Shown here piece by piece: positions 30,470 through 40,726 of a DNA stretch of 64,000 nucleotides. The stretch is taken from positions 1 to 64,000 of the forward strand of contig CBDBFU010000024.1 in the NCBI GenBank assembly GCA_965205025.1. The letters run 5' to 3'. Position 1 is the stretch's first letter, and every line of letters starts with the position of its first letter. Below the pieces are notes generated by a model that was given only the letters and a program-made list of their open reading frames with translations, was not told where the DNA came from and did no database searches. The translations under genes and the position numbers were made by a program. This DNA comes from Candidatus Poribacteria bacterium. GTDB taxonomy: Bacteria > Poribacteria > WGA-4E > WGA-3G.

Positions 30470-30715
30470 TTACTCCTGATTCTTTTCTAACACCTTTCTG
30501 AAATCCTCCAGACTTTCCACTTTCAATGCAATCTGAAATACTTCTTTTAGTCTTTCTAAATCAGAGATCGCCGACAATGCAGATTCAAAATCTTTTACAT
30601 CATCGTTTTCAAGACGATTGTTAAGCAACTCCAGGATATACTCGCGTGCCATCTCTTGTGCACCTTGTTCGCGTGCTTGGGGTGCGACATATTCAACAAC
30701 TGAAGATTGATGCAT
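30470..30715 (-). CDS. Orphan C-terminal domain of an Rpn/YhgA-like (PD-(D/E)XK transposase-like) protein
   Basis: GGAGG-AAACC-ATG at 30715; MHQSSVVEY...AREQGAQE...ILELLNNR...ISDLERLK...ESLEDFRKVL resembles Rpn/DUF4351-type tails; no nuclease domain upstream. Confidence 0.6.
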   Translation of the reverse strand: MHQSSVVEYVAPQAREQGAQEMAREYILELLNNRLENDDVKDFESALSAISDLERLKEVFQIALKVESLEDFRKVLEKNQE

Positions 30716-30863
30716 GGTTTCCTCCGAAATAATATCTATCATGGTTTGCTGGCAACATCAATGCTTTTTGGAGTATATACATTGGTAAATTTGTTGGATT
30801 TCAGATTACAGAGTAATTAGCGTAGTGGCAGACTTTGTACCTATCACTACGCCACTTATCAAT

Positions 30864-31901
30864 TTACAATTTCTCTTTGAGAGATCCCATTAAACCATCT
30901 GGAGGATCAAATGGAAGATCGATAATTTCGTTAGTTATACCGCTATAGTATATACCCAACAGTAGATTGAATTCAGCGAGAGATTGTTTGAGATGGGTTG
31001 GATGTACGTTGTTTTCATCATCAAGCCAGTCAAAGGCTGCTTCTGTTAGGTTACCCTGTGCCTGAATATCCTGTTCACCATAGTTGAGTGGTCCACCCTC
31101 ATAACCGCCATCATGTGTGAATCGTTCCCAACTGCTAAAACGCCAATGAACAAATCCTTTTGTTCCCACAACAAATACACGTTTATGTGTCACAGTACCT
31201 CCACCCTCAGAAGCCAATGTTCCCATACCTGTCCCAAAGGCAAGTGAAACATGAAGACCGTTATCATATATCGCTTGGGCGGCAGCATGCATCGGAGAAG
31301 GTTGTGCTGAATCTAACTGTTCTTTTCCTGAAATTTGACCTAACACCCGGACAGGACGTGAGTTGTCAATATATGAGGATACCAGTTGCAATACATGAGG
31401 TGCTTGGTCAACAGGTGTGCTTCTTGCACTGGCATCAATAAACTTAATATCCCCAATCTTACCATCTGCAACATCTTGTTTTAATTCCAAGTTTTTGGGA
31501 TGGAAATTAAGCTGTGTGTTAACAATAAACTTCGTATTTGTCTCTTCAGCCAATCCTGCGATCTGCTTCCAGTCCTCACTTTCTACAGCAATGGGTTTTT
31601 CCACAATAGCGGCAGGCACATTATGGTCTGATGCTTGTTTCATCAGGGAATAACGGATCCGTTGATTTGTACCGCGTAAGACTGGTGCCGTGACAATATG
31701 GAGTAAATCCGGTTTCTCTTTTTCAAGCATCTCATCGAAATCAGTATATCGTGCGGATACATCAAAGTCATCCCCGAATTTATTGAGTAATTCCTCGTTC
31801 ATATCACAGATGGCACCGATTTTCCCACCCTTTACGAACCTGTAAGCACTCGCGTGGGCACGTGCCCGTCCACCACACCCTAAAAATGCACTTTTATACA
31901 T
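30864..31901 (-). CDS. Gfo/Idh/MocA-family oxidoreductase (array copy 2)
   Basis: AAGGAG RBS before ATG 31901; LGCGGRA; VEKP. Confidence 0.9.
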   Translation of the reverse strand: MYKSAFLGCGGRARAHASAYRFVKGGKIGAICDMNEELLNKFGDDFDVSARYTDFDEMLEKEKPDLLHIVTAPVLRGTNQRIRYSLMKQASDHNVPAAIVEKPIAVESEDWKQIAGLAEETNTKFIVNTQLNFHPKNLELKQDVADGKIGDIKFIDASARSTPVDQAPHVLQLVSSYIDNSRPVRVLGQISGKEQLDSAQPSPMHAAAQAIYDNGLHVSLAFGTGMGTLASEGGGTVTHKRVFVVGTKGFVHWRFSSWERFTHDGGYEGGPLNYGEQDIQAQGNLTEAAFDWLDDENNVHPTHLKQSLAEFNLLLGIYYSGITNEIIDLPFDPPDGLMGSLKEKL

Positions 31902-32001
31902 GAATATGTCTCCTTTGCCGAAAGTATATAACAAATAGCGTTAGTAACATAAATGTTCGCTGCTACCACTATTTCTAAGTGTTGAATGATTTTAACTCGT
32001 T

Positions 32002-33039
32002 TTACAATTTTTCTCTAAGCATGTCCATTAATCCGTCTGGAGGATCAAATGGAAGATCAATCATTTCATTTGTAATTCCGCTGTAATACATTCCCAATAA
32101 CAGATTGAACTCAGCAAGTGATTGTTTTAGATGTGTTGGATGTTCCTTTTTCTCATCATCAAGCCAATCAAAGACTGCCTCAGTAAGGTTTCCTTGTGCG
32201 AGTACATCCTGTTCCCCATAGCTGAGTGGACCACCTTCGTAGCCACCATCCTGCGTAGAACGTTCCCAACTGCTAAAACGCCAATGTACAAAACCCTTTG
32301 TTCCCACTACAAATACACGTTTATGACAATAAATGCCCTGATCATCGGATGCCATTGTACCCATACCTTGTCCAAATGCTAAAGATACATGTAGACCATT
32401 TTGATATATGACTTGTGCGGCAGCATGCATAGGGGAGGGTTGTGCTGATTCCAGATGGTCTCTGCCAGCAATCTGCCCCATAAGCCGTTCAGGTCGTGAG
32501 TTGTCTATGTAAGATGAAACCAACTGAAGGACGTGTGGGCCTTGGTCAACAGGTGTGCTTCTTGCACTGGCATCAATGAACTTAATATCACCAATCTTCC
32601 CATCCGCGACATCACGTTTCAGTTCGAGATTTTTTGGATGAAAATTGAGTTGTGTATTGACGACAAATTTGGTTTTAGTCTCATCAGCTAATCCTGCGAT
32701 CTGTTTCCAATCCTCGCTCTCAACCGCGATCGGTTTTTCAATGATTGCTGCTGGCACCCGATGGTCAGACGCTTGTTTCATCAAGGAATAACGAATACGT
32801 TCATTTGAACCACGAAGTACAGGGGCAGTAACGATGTGTAATACATCCGGTTTTTCTTTTTCAAGCATCTCGTCCAAGTCTGTATAACGGGACGAGATAT
32901 CAAAATCATCTCCGAATTTATTGAGTAGTTCTTGGTTCATATCGCAGATAGCTGCGAGTTTGCCACCATTAACATGGCGATATGCGTTTGCATGTCCTCG
33001 GGCGCGTCCTCCGCACCCTAACATTGCACTTTTGTACAT
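32002..33039 (-). CDS. Gfo/Idh/MocA-family oxidoreductase (array copy 1)
   Basis: LGCGGRA; IEKP. Confidence 0.9.
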   Translation of the reverse strand: MYKSAMLGCGGRARGHANAYRHVNGGKLAAICDMNQELLNKFGDDFDISSRYTDLDEMLEKEKPDVLHIVTAPVLRGSNERIRYSLMKQASDHRVPAAIIEKPIAVESEDWKQIAGLADETKTKFVVNTQLNFHPKNLELKRDVADGKIGDIKFIDASARSTPVDQGPHVLQLVSSYIDNSRPERLMGQIAGRDHLESAQPSPMHAAAQVIYQNGLHVSLAFGQGMGTMASDDQGIYCHKRVFVVGTKGFVHWRFSSWERSTQDGGYEGGPLSYGEQDVLAQGNLTEAVFDWLDDEKKEHPTHLKQSLAEFNLLLGMYYSGITNEMIDLPFDPPDGLMDMLREKL

Positions 33040-33274
33040 AAAACTGTCTCCCGCTGAGGGTATCTATCATCGGTTTTGCCATTAACTTATCAGAAGGAAC
33101 CACTTTTGTCAAAGGTTATTAAATCTTTAAACTTCATTAGCAAAACGAATTTACTTTTGTCTTGAAGTGTGTTAATATGTTGTTAAGAAGCATTGCTGGC
33201 GTGCTGAGTCTATTTTCGAGAAAATATATTTGTTTTACCATGTCACTCTCTGCTGGCATTGTGAGGTACCCCCG

Positions 33275-36200
33275 ATGAAAAAAGTACTATCAGACTATAT
33301 AAAATCACAGGATGACTTTGATCGATTTTGCAATCTATTCCTAAAAAAGGAAGTGTCTCCCTTCGTAAAAGTTTACGATGCAGCAGGAGCTGATAGCGGT
33401 ATTGATGCAGACTACACCGGCGTTTATAAGGATAAAGAGGGTACCTGGGTTTTCCAATACAAATTCTTTGACCCCACAATGGATAAAGGACGTGCGCGCA
33501 GCCAACTCATTACCCAAATGAAAGGCGGTAAACGTAAAAAAGGTGAACTTGACAAAGCCAATGCGTTGGATTGTGATCACTACGTTCTTATGACCAGTAT
33601 CCCGCTTACTGTAGGAAACAAGCGTAAATTTGAGGACATTAAAAATGAGAAAGGATACACTTTTTCGTTGACCTGTTGGGACGCAGAAGACCTCATCACA
33701 ATGACCGATGCGTTTCCATACCTCTTAAACTCATTCCGAGATCCCCATCTACCTGTGTTCCTTTCTTGGCAGGATATGTTCCGAAATCAAATTGCCGGTG
33801 AACATCAACTGTTAAGATACGACTATGAAACCTTCGGACGCGAGGATGAGATTAGTCAATTTCAAACCTTCGTTCAGGCCCCAGAAAAAAGACTCCTCAT
33901 GCTATACGGCAGCGGTGGCATTGGAAAAACGAAGCTTGCTATTGAGTTTGCAAAGGTAATAGAACGCGATCACACAGATTATGAACCACTCTTTGTTCAG
34001 ATGGCGGGGGACAGTTTTGAAAGTGCCTTAGCTGACATTCCACCCAATCGTAAATATATCTTTTTTGTAGATGATGCACATGACTTTATTGACCATCTTG
34101 GGGGCATCAGAATACTGTTGAATAGTCCCGGATACAGCGAATCCAAAGCAGCTCTCATAACTCGGAAGCCGTTTAAAACGTTTTTAGAGAGTAGTTTTCT
34201 AAAGGCCTTACCTGATAACGCGGCCGATGAACTTGAAATTTCGAAACTCCCTCTGGAGAAAACGAAGGAATTTATCCGTAAGTATACACATATACCTGAT
34301 GGATCTCAATTAGCAGGATTAGCACAGATCGGGCGAGATACACCGCTGCTTGCTGTTATGGTGATACATCTGTTCAAGCAGAAAGTTCATCTAAGCAACC
34401 AAATAACACATGATAAACGAATTGAACTCACCTTTGAGGCCTATCTAAACGACATCTTTAGTCAACATCTGCCAGAATCTGACAAGCGACATCGGGAATT
34501 GCTGGATTGGCTCAGTGGAATTGGGTTGATCGATGCTGAAGATAATCAAATATGCGAAAAATTGGCTGAGATTTTAAGTATGGAATCTTATAAGATAGAG
34601 CAGTACCGAGATGATTTGATAAGGTACGGTTTGCTTGTTCAAATTGGGCGAAAACAGCGTGTCTTTCCTGATGCACTCAGTGACTATATTTTACAGAAAG
34701 CATGTTTTCTGTCCAATGGTAGACCATCTTCTTTTCACAAAAGCCTGATGAAGGAATTTTTACCACTTTTCCCTGTCAAAGTGGTCATCAATCTTGCTCG
34801 CGTCGAAAACATTGCTGGTGAAAAAAGCCTGCTTGATGAACACGTTGATTCTCTGAAAACCCGAGTACAGGAAGGTGATAATTTTGTCCGGATGGATACT
34901 CTGGAACAGATGGAAGGTATCAGTTATTTTCGTCCAGATGATGCAATTGAGATTTTCAATATTATCTTGGGTAATCCGAACAGTAAAACCTCTGTGAGAC
35001 ATTATACCGGATGGGTATCTAAGCAAACCCATTTAGATTTAGTAAGGAAAATTGCCAAAGAAGCACAGAAAACAGTCAATACGCTCTCTGGATTTATGAA
35101 AACGCTGGAAGTAGTCCGGAAACTCCTTATGATGGGAGATTTGGAACTTCCCAATCACGACTCGCCACAAGAATTGTTGAAAAGGATGACAGGTTTCCAA
35201 ACGAACAAACCGAGCGCATTCCAAATGAAAGCACTTGAAGTGTTTGAGGAGTGGAAAACGGAAGATAAACCGGAATTAAGCATAGCTCTACTCAACGCAC
35301 TTGATACACTTCTCGTGCTGGACTTCAGTGAAACTGTCAGTGAAGGTGGTGGTTTGAAATTCGGTTGGCACCATTTAACATATACACCTGAATTAATCCA
35401 CCTCAGAGCAAAGGCGAACGACCTAATTGAGTATTGCCTGAGAACGTCCCAACATAGTACCGTCAGAGCGAAGGCGATAGACTCTATGAGCAGCGCGATT
35501 AATCCTTTGGAAAGTCCATTTCGAAAGGGAATCTCAAAAAAAGACCAAGCTTTATTACAAAAGGAACAGACACGACTCTTCAACATATTAGCTGATCAAA
35601 CCGCAAAGGAGACCGACTTTACTGTTCTGAACGCGATAGATCAGTGCCTGCACGGATACGCAGAGAATACCTATTTAGAAGGTTTCCCAAAAGAGAGAGC
35701 AGAAGAATTACTTTCTAAATTGCGTGAACATGAAAATTATGAGAAGTATCTTTTTTATCGTCAATTGACTGGAAAATTCCAAGACTGGAAAATGACGGAG
35801 AATGCTGAGCAAACCCAAGTGTTTTTGAAAAAGCACATTAAGAAATTCACACCTCTCCAACTCTCAAAATTAATGCAAGAATGTATACAGATTGCTGAAA
35901 GAGACAAGGAGCATCGCAGTATCAGAAACAGCATCTGGGCAGAAAAAGGGTGGATACCGGGAAGGGCGACAGCACTGCTTCATTCTATCGGAGAATTTAA
36001 CCCCTCCTACGGTTCTGATTTATTGGACCACATTGTTGATTGGCAGACAGAGGAATCGCATTGTGCATCTGGACTGCTGAGTGGTATACGCTACACTAAC
36101 AAGGATAAAGGAAGCGAGGCAACTCACCGTCTTTTGGATCAGAATACCATCTTTGCCAAACGCATTGTTGCAAGAAGTTATCTCTGGCGAAGTAAAACGG

Positions 36201-37201
36201 ATGGATGTATCGGAAAAGAAGATCTGTCCATTTTAGATCAATTGTCTAAAACGCCAGACTCGCAATTGCGGCAATATATAGCCGAAAGCCTTCCCAATTT
36301 CTATGGTGTAGACGCGCAAATTGTCCTTGAGATTTTGGTAGAACTATCAAGTGATGAATCACAGATGGTTACGAGGCAAGTCATACATTCCCTCACCAGC
36401 AAAGACCTTAAATTCTCGCCACAAAACCACTTAAAAAAATATAAGCAGGTGATGCTTAATTGTGTCCGTTTAGAACGCATTGATTCTGACGCTGAACAAG
36501 CACTTCAGGCTATCTTCAGGCACGATCCGATCTGGGTCATCGAATTTTTTGAGAAGCGAATTACTTACAAAGAAAACGAATCTAAACGCTACGATTCAAT
36601 TTCGGATCATCCATCTGAGTGGTTTAAGTTTGACGCACTTCCGCATCGACCACACTATCTGTTTGAGGGTGTGGATTGGAATGATGAAAACGCGGTGTCG
36701 GCTTTGCGGTGCGTAAGAGATTGGGTTCTTACGTCCTCAAACCTCCTGAAATTTGAGGCTCCCAACCTGCTTACCTCTATGCTCAGTGGAAACAACCCGC
36801 GCAGTGATGAAATTAAAATTAATTCCGCAATGCGAAAACTCTTTGAGGAGTGGATAGAATCAGAAAATTTAGAACTGATGAGGGAAGCCGCTTATCTGAT
36901 GAGGGGATTTGACGCAGACGCAGTCTTTTATTCCCTTTCAGAGTCGCTTGTGATAAAAAGTGAAGGCGACAAACAGGTAAAAAGCGGAATCACTGCTGCG
37001 CTTTTTTCGGGAGTTTACTCAAGAAACTTCGGTGATCCGGCACCACATCTTGCGAAACAAATTGAAGACCTCAAAGCATTGAAAGACAAAACGCAATCCT
37101 TGATTTTTGCAGAATTTGCCAAATATCTGATAAAAATGACAGAGCAAGATATTGAAAAACAATTGCAGGAAGATGAAGAGTTTCTTGAAGGCGAGGCATG
37201 A
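33275..37201 (+). CDS. Mrr-like restriction endonuclease domain + STAND-like P-loop NTPase + long alpha-helical (HEAT/ARM-like) C-terminus
   Basis: GAGGT RBS before ATG 33275. FDRFC...GADSGIDA...WVFQYK fits D...QxK. FGREDEI; Walker A GSGGIGKT; Walker B IFFVDDAH; LITR; GRDTPL (GxP-like). Confidence 0.8.
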   Translation: MKKVLSDYIKSQDDFDRFCNLFLKKEVSPFVKVYDAAGADSGIDADYTGVYKDKEGTWVFQYKFFDPTMDKGRARSQLITQMKGGKRKKGELDKANALDCDHYVLMTSIPLTVGNKRKFEDIKNEKGYTFSLTCWDAEDLITMTDAFPYLLNSFRDPHLPVFLSWQDMFRNQIAGEHQLLRYDYETFGREDEISQFQTFVQAPEKRLLMLYGSGGIGKTKLAIEFAKVIERDHTDYEPLFVQMAGDSFESALADIPPNRKYIFFVDDAHDFIDHLGGIRILLNSPGYSESKAALITRKPFKTFLESSFLKALPDNAADELEISKLPLEKTKEFIRKYTHIPDGSQLAGLAQIGRDTPLLAVMVIHLFKQKVHLSNQITHDKRIELTFEAYLNDIFSQHLPESDKRHRELLDWLSGIGLIDAEDNQICEKLAEILSMESYKIEQYRDDLIRYGLLVQIGRKQRVFPDALSDYILQKACFLSNGRPSSFHKSLMKEFLPLFPVKVVINLARVENIAGEKSLLDEHVDSLKTRVQEGDNFVRMDTLEQMEGISYFRPDDAIEIFNIILGNPNSKTSVRHYTGWVSKQTHLDLVRKIAKEAQKTVNTLSGFMKTLEVVRKLLMMGDLELPNHDSPQELLKRMTGFQTNKPSAFQMKALEVFEEWKTEDKPELSIALLNALDTLLVLDFSETVSEGGGLKFGWHHLTYTPELIHLRAKANDLIEYCLRTSQHSTVRAKAIDSMSSAINPLESPFRKGISKKDQALLQKEQTRLFNILADQTAKETDFTVLNAIDQCLHGYAENTYLEGFPKERAEELLSKLREHENYEKYLFYRQLTGKFQDWKMTENAEQTQVFLKKHIKKFTPLQLSKLMQECIQIAERDKEHRSIRNSIWAEKGWIPGRATALLHSIGEFNPSYGSDLLDHIVDWQTEESHCASGLLSGIRYTNKDKGSEATHRLLDQNTIFAKRIVARSYLWRSKTDGCIGKEDLSILDQLSKTPDSQLRQYIAESLPNFYGVDAQIVLEILVELSSDESQMVTRQVIHSLTSKDLKFSPQNHLKKYKQVMLNCVRLERIDSDAEQALQAIFRHDPIWVIEFFEKRITYKENESKRYDSISDHPSEWFKFDALPHRPHYLFEGVDWNDENAVSALRCVRDWVLTSSNLLKFEAPNLLTSMLSGNNPRSDEIKINSAMRKLFEEWIESENLELMREAAYLMRGFDADAVFYSLSESLVIKSEGDKQVKSGITAALFSGVYSRNFGDPAPHLAKQIEDLKALKDKTQSLIFAEFAKYLIKMTEQDIEKQLQEDEEFLEGEA

Positions 37202-38052
37202 TATATCCAATTCACGAAGTAAGCCTTATGCAGGAAATCAAAGTGCTTTTTGCAAAGAGCGAAATTCATGACTCTGTAGCTTTAACAGCATCAGCTGGGC
37301 AAAGTTCTGGCTCAAAGTTAACAGCACAAGAGGCTGAATCTGAAATTCAGAAGTTGATTCCTACAATCCGACAACGGCTTAGTGCTGCAAAGTTTTATCT
37401 TGATGCAATAGAAAACATGAACCATGCACCTTATCTGGAAAAGCAATCCTCTTTGTCTGAAGAGCAAAAACCGTTGATTAATTTCTCTGATATTGACCTA
37501 CATGTTCAGATTGACTTATTGAACCCCGATGCTTTCCCATTGGTTGTTTTCATTCTACTGAATGGATTTTTTTCCAATTTAGTTGGCTCTGAGGATTGTG
37601 TAGCCAAGGTTATCAATATTGTTTACGACTTAATCTTGTACGACAACCCTTATTCCAGTTCTCATGTACGTCAAGGATTAGAAAAGAAAGTGCGGCGAGA
37701 GCACTTAACCCTCCACCTACGTAGGTTCCACGCAGTAAACCGGAAAAACAAAAAGGATGTAATAGACAAAAAGGGATCCCCTTTTAATATTGCCAAAGAG
37801 ATTAGAAACCAATTAATGCATGACCAGATAAAGGAAGTGATAGATTTCCCACCTCAATTTACCCTCTTGGGTTCTCCACCTAATCCTAATTTGTATTTGG
37901 AAGAGTCGTTTTTTCCTAATAATTCCCCTCGCGAGGACAGGGAGGTGATTGTTTTTTGCCATCGCGTATTTGAAAAAACAATAAGCTTCGTAGATGAATG
38001 CTACCGACTCATTGAGCGAAAACTTCAGCGGAGCGGTAGTCTTCCGGTTTAA
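37198..38052 (+). CDS. HEPN-domain protein (Cthe_2314-like putative RNase)
   Basis: ATGA overlap with the upstream gene; helical protein with EIRNQLMH (Rx4H). Confidence 0.65.
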   Translation: MIYPIHEVSLMQEIKVLFAKSEIHDSVALTASAGQSSGSKLTAQEAESEIQKLIPTIRQRLSAAKFYLDAIENMNHAPYLEKQSSLSEEQKPLINFSDIDLHVQIDLLNPDAFPLVVFILLNGFFSNLVGSEDCVAKVINIVYDLILYDNPYSSSHVRQGLEKKVRREHLTLHLRRFHAVNRKNKKDVIDKKGSPFNIAKEIRNQLMHDQIKEVIDFPPQFTLLGSPPNPNLYLEESFFPNNSPREDREVIVFCHRVFEKTISFVDECYRLIERKLQRSGSLPV

Positions 38053-38144
38053 TGATCCGTCAATTTTCACTCCGAATGAGAAAGAATCATCATTCACAAA
38101 TACCTTGCAAAGTTGAAGAAGATAAGTGCAATGCCAAATTGCTT

Positions 38145-39185
38145 CTACGCGTGAATATAAACCTTCTCACCGCTCTTAGCACTATCATAGAAGGCATCCA
38201 ATATCTTCATATAGGTATAAGCGTTTTCTGCAGAAACATCCGGTTCAACGTTACCTGCAATTGCCATAGCAAAATGGTTGAGTTCATAGAAAAATACAGG
38301 CACATCTTCAGGTATCTCCCCATGATCAATTTCATTCTGTTCCTCAATCGTCTCTCGCACATATTCCCCATCTTTGAAACGAGAGATTCCACTGTTCGTT
38401 ATTGCCCCTGTTGTACCGTAGAATTCTACAATATCTCTTGATTCTGTATGCCCCATCCGTGTACAATCAATCTGAATTGTTTTTCCACCTTCACATCCGA
38501 GGATACCAGAAAAGTAATCTTCTGCTGCACCTTCTGGTCCATCATACTTTGGATAGAGGACATGCTTGACACCGAATGCCCACTCCGGTTTTGGACATCC
38601 CATCCACCACCATGTTAAGTTGAGTTCATGTGAGAAGTGTTGTCCTAATGAACCGCCCTTCTGTCCATATACATGTAACCACCGATTGTTTGTATCAAGT
38701 GGTGGTAAGAAATTGAATTTCCCAAAAACGCGTGCATGGTATGGCTCACCAATTGCCCCATTTGCTATTGCATTTCGTATTTGACGGTTAATTGGAAAAT
38801 GTCGCATAAAATAACAGAATTGAAGCGTTTTTTCAGCTTTTTGAGCCGCTTCTTGCATCTCTAATATCTCAGGAGCTCGGAGTGCATGTGGTTTTTGTAC
38901 TAACACATGCTTGCCTGCAGCAAGTGTATCCAAGACTTGCGGTAGCCTAACATCTGGAGAGGTGGCAAGATAAACAGCCTCGACAGCCGAATCATTAAGA
39001 AGTTCTTTATAATCCGCATATCGATTTGGTACAGAATGTTCATCTCCTGCTTCTTCTCTACGGGTAGGATCACGTTCTGCAATTGCGATGACGGTTAGCC
39101 GAGAAGTGGCATTAGCAGAAGCGATTGCTTGACGACCTGCCCATCCACATCCAACGACTCCGATTTGAATGAGTTGTTCTGGCAT
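38145..39185 (-). CDS. Gfo/Idh/MocA-family oxidoreductase
   Basis: AGGAG RBS before ATG 39185; GVVGCGWAG; AGKHVLVQKP. Confidence 0.9.
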   Translation of the reverse strand: MPEQLIQIGVVGCGWAGRQAIASANATSRLTVIAIAERDPTRREEAGDEHSVPNRYADYKELLNDSAVEAVYLATSPDVRLPQVLDTLAAGKHVLVQKPHALRAPEILEMQEAAQKAEKTLQFCYFMRHFPINRQIRNAIANGAIGEPYHARVFGKFNFLPPLDTNNRWLHVYGQKGGSLGQHFSHELNLTWWWMGCPKPEWAFGVKHVLYPKYDGPEGAAEDYFSGILGCEGGKTIQIDCTRMGHTESRDIVEFYGTTGAITNSGISRFKDGEYVRETIEEQNEIDHGEIPEDVPVFFYELNHFAMAIAGNVEPDVSAENAYTYMKILDAFYDSAKSGEKVYIHA

Positions 39186-39294
39186 AAGAGTGTCTCCTAT
39201 ATTTCTTTTATAATATGGTGTTGGAATTAAGAGTTCCATCCAGATCAATCAAAATGTTTTGGATGTGCCAAGGTGATTTATCCCTTCCAACATA

Positions 39295-40482
39295 TTACGG
39301 TTCTACAACTTTGTAGTATTGAACTGTCCCATTTTGTATTTTCTGGATTACAAGACTTTTTACGGGATGGCGATTGTCATCATAGTGTGAGATGGTTGTG
39401 GCCCCCTTATAATTTTTCACAGATGCATATTCATCTCGAACAGTAAGAGGTTCGAGTGAACCTGCTCTCTCTATTGCTTGTGCTAAAAGACGCATTGCGT
39501 CATAGCCTGAGGCAGCAATACCATCTGGGGGTGTATTATATAGATCCATATATCCATTTACAAATTCCTGCACGGATGTATCTTGTGATACTGTGGAGAA
39601 ATTTGTTGGGTAATAACTCCCATCCAACACACTACTATCTTCCAGCACACTAAGGAATCGTTCCCTATCATCCCATGCACTGCCACCGAGGAAGGTTGCT
39701 GTGATACCGATTTTCCGTGCTTCACTAATCAGTATTGGGACTTCTGGTTGAGAACCGGGACAGAAGATAACATCGGGTGCTGCAGTCTGTATCTCTGTTA
39801 TGAGGGGGTTGAAACTGGTTGCACCTTCTGTATAACTTCCTCTGTAAACAATTCGACCCCCTTCATCTTGAAAAGCTGTGTCAAATGCACTGACAAGATC
39901 TGTCGAGTATGCGTCTCCTGTCTCATAGATTGTCGCTGCAGTTATTTCTTCAAGTCCAAGTTTCTCAGCAATTGTGTTAAATGCAAAATTAGCCATTACT
40001 GTTCCTTGAAAAGGGTTTGGAACTGTTATTAGAAAAATATAGTCTCCAATAGCAGGCACTTGTGATCCGCTTGAACCTGGAAGCATGAGTCGTTGTGATT
40101 GTTGTGCAATTGGACCCACTTCAACAGCCATAGTAGAACGAACTGGACCGAGTATTGAAAACACTTGTTCTTTCTCAATCAATTCTTTTGCGGCAGCTAT
40201 ACTTGCTTCTGGTGTTGGTTCGTCTTCAGCAGGTTGATTATTTCGATAAATGAATTCTACTGGCATTCCAAGGACACCACCCTTATTATTAATTTGTAGT
40301 CGGGCGGTTTCTACTCCTTGACTAAAAGTAGTGTAACTATGCCCTGGTTGAATTACGCCTATTTTCAGAGTTGTTATAGTTGTTCCTGGTTGTATAACCT
40401 GTTCTATTTTTTCGCACCCTGATAACGATATACTTAGAGCGACAAGAATAATTATTATAAAAATGAAATGTCTTCTGCTCAT
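39295..40482 (-). CDS. Branched-chain amino acid ABC-type substrate-binding lipoprotein
   Basis: Lipobox LSGC; INNKGGVLG; LGPVRS; GYDAMRLLAQAIERAGS. Confidence 0.88.
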   Translation of the reverse strand: MSRRHFIFIIIILVALSISLSGCEKIEQVIQPGTTITTLKIGVIQPGHSYTTFSQGVETARLQINNKGGVLGMPVEFIYRNNQPAEDEPTPEASIAAAKELIEKEQVFSILGPVRSTMAVEVGPIAQQSQRLMLPGSSGSQVPAIGDYIFLITVPNPFQGTVMANFAFNTIAEKLGLEEITAATIYETGDAYSTDLVSAFDTAFQDEGGRIVYRGSYTEGATSFNPLITEIQTAAPDVIFCPGSQPEVPILISEARKIGITATFLGGSAWDDRERFLSVLEDSSVLDGSYYPTNFSTVSQDTSVQEFVNGYMDLYNTPPDGIAASGYDAMRLLAQAIERAGSLEPLTVRDEYASVKNYKGATTISHYDDNRHPVKSLVIQKIQNGTVQYYKVVEP

Positions 40483-40726
40483 TTTATGTGTATTCCTTCT
40501 ATATGAAATCCTTGAATAAAATATAGTATTATGATAATCTGTCCATAGTATTCTATAGACTTGTGAAAACAATAACAGATTCCTTCTATCTTGTCAAACT
40601 ATAGAAGTATTCCTCAAAATAACTGTCAGACAAAACTGTTTCAACAAACATAACCATACCTAAAGGAATATAGACTGGGAGTTTATTTTTACTCTGTTTG
40701 TTTAAACTCCAAAAAGGAGTAATTTC

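Noticed and set aside
27098-33039. Oxidoreductase array as a shufflon or DGR target
   Set aside because: All copies are complete and co-directional, with no recombinase, inversion sites or RT; synonymous divergence is spread throughout.
38052-38441. Third gene of the putative defence operon (129 aa)
   Set aside because: Mostly antisense to the 38145-39185 oxidoreductase, with no motif.
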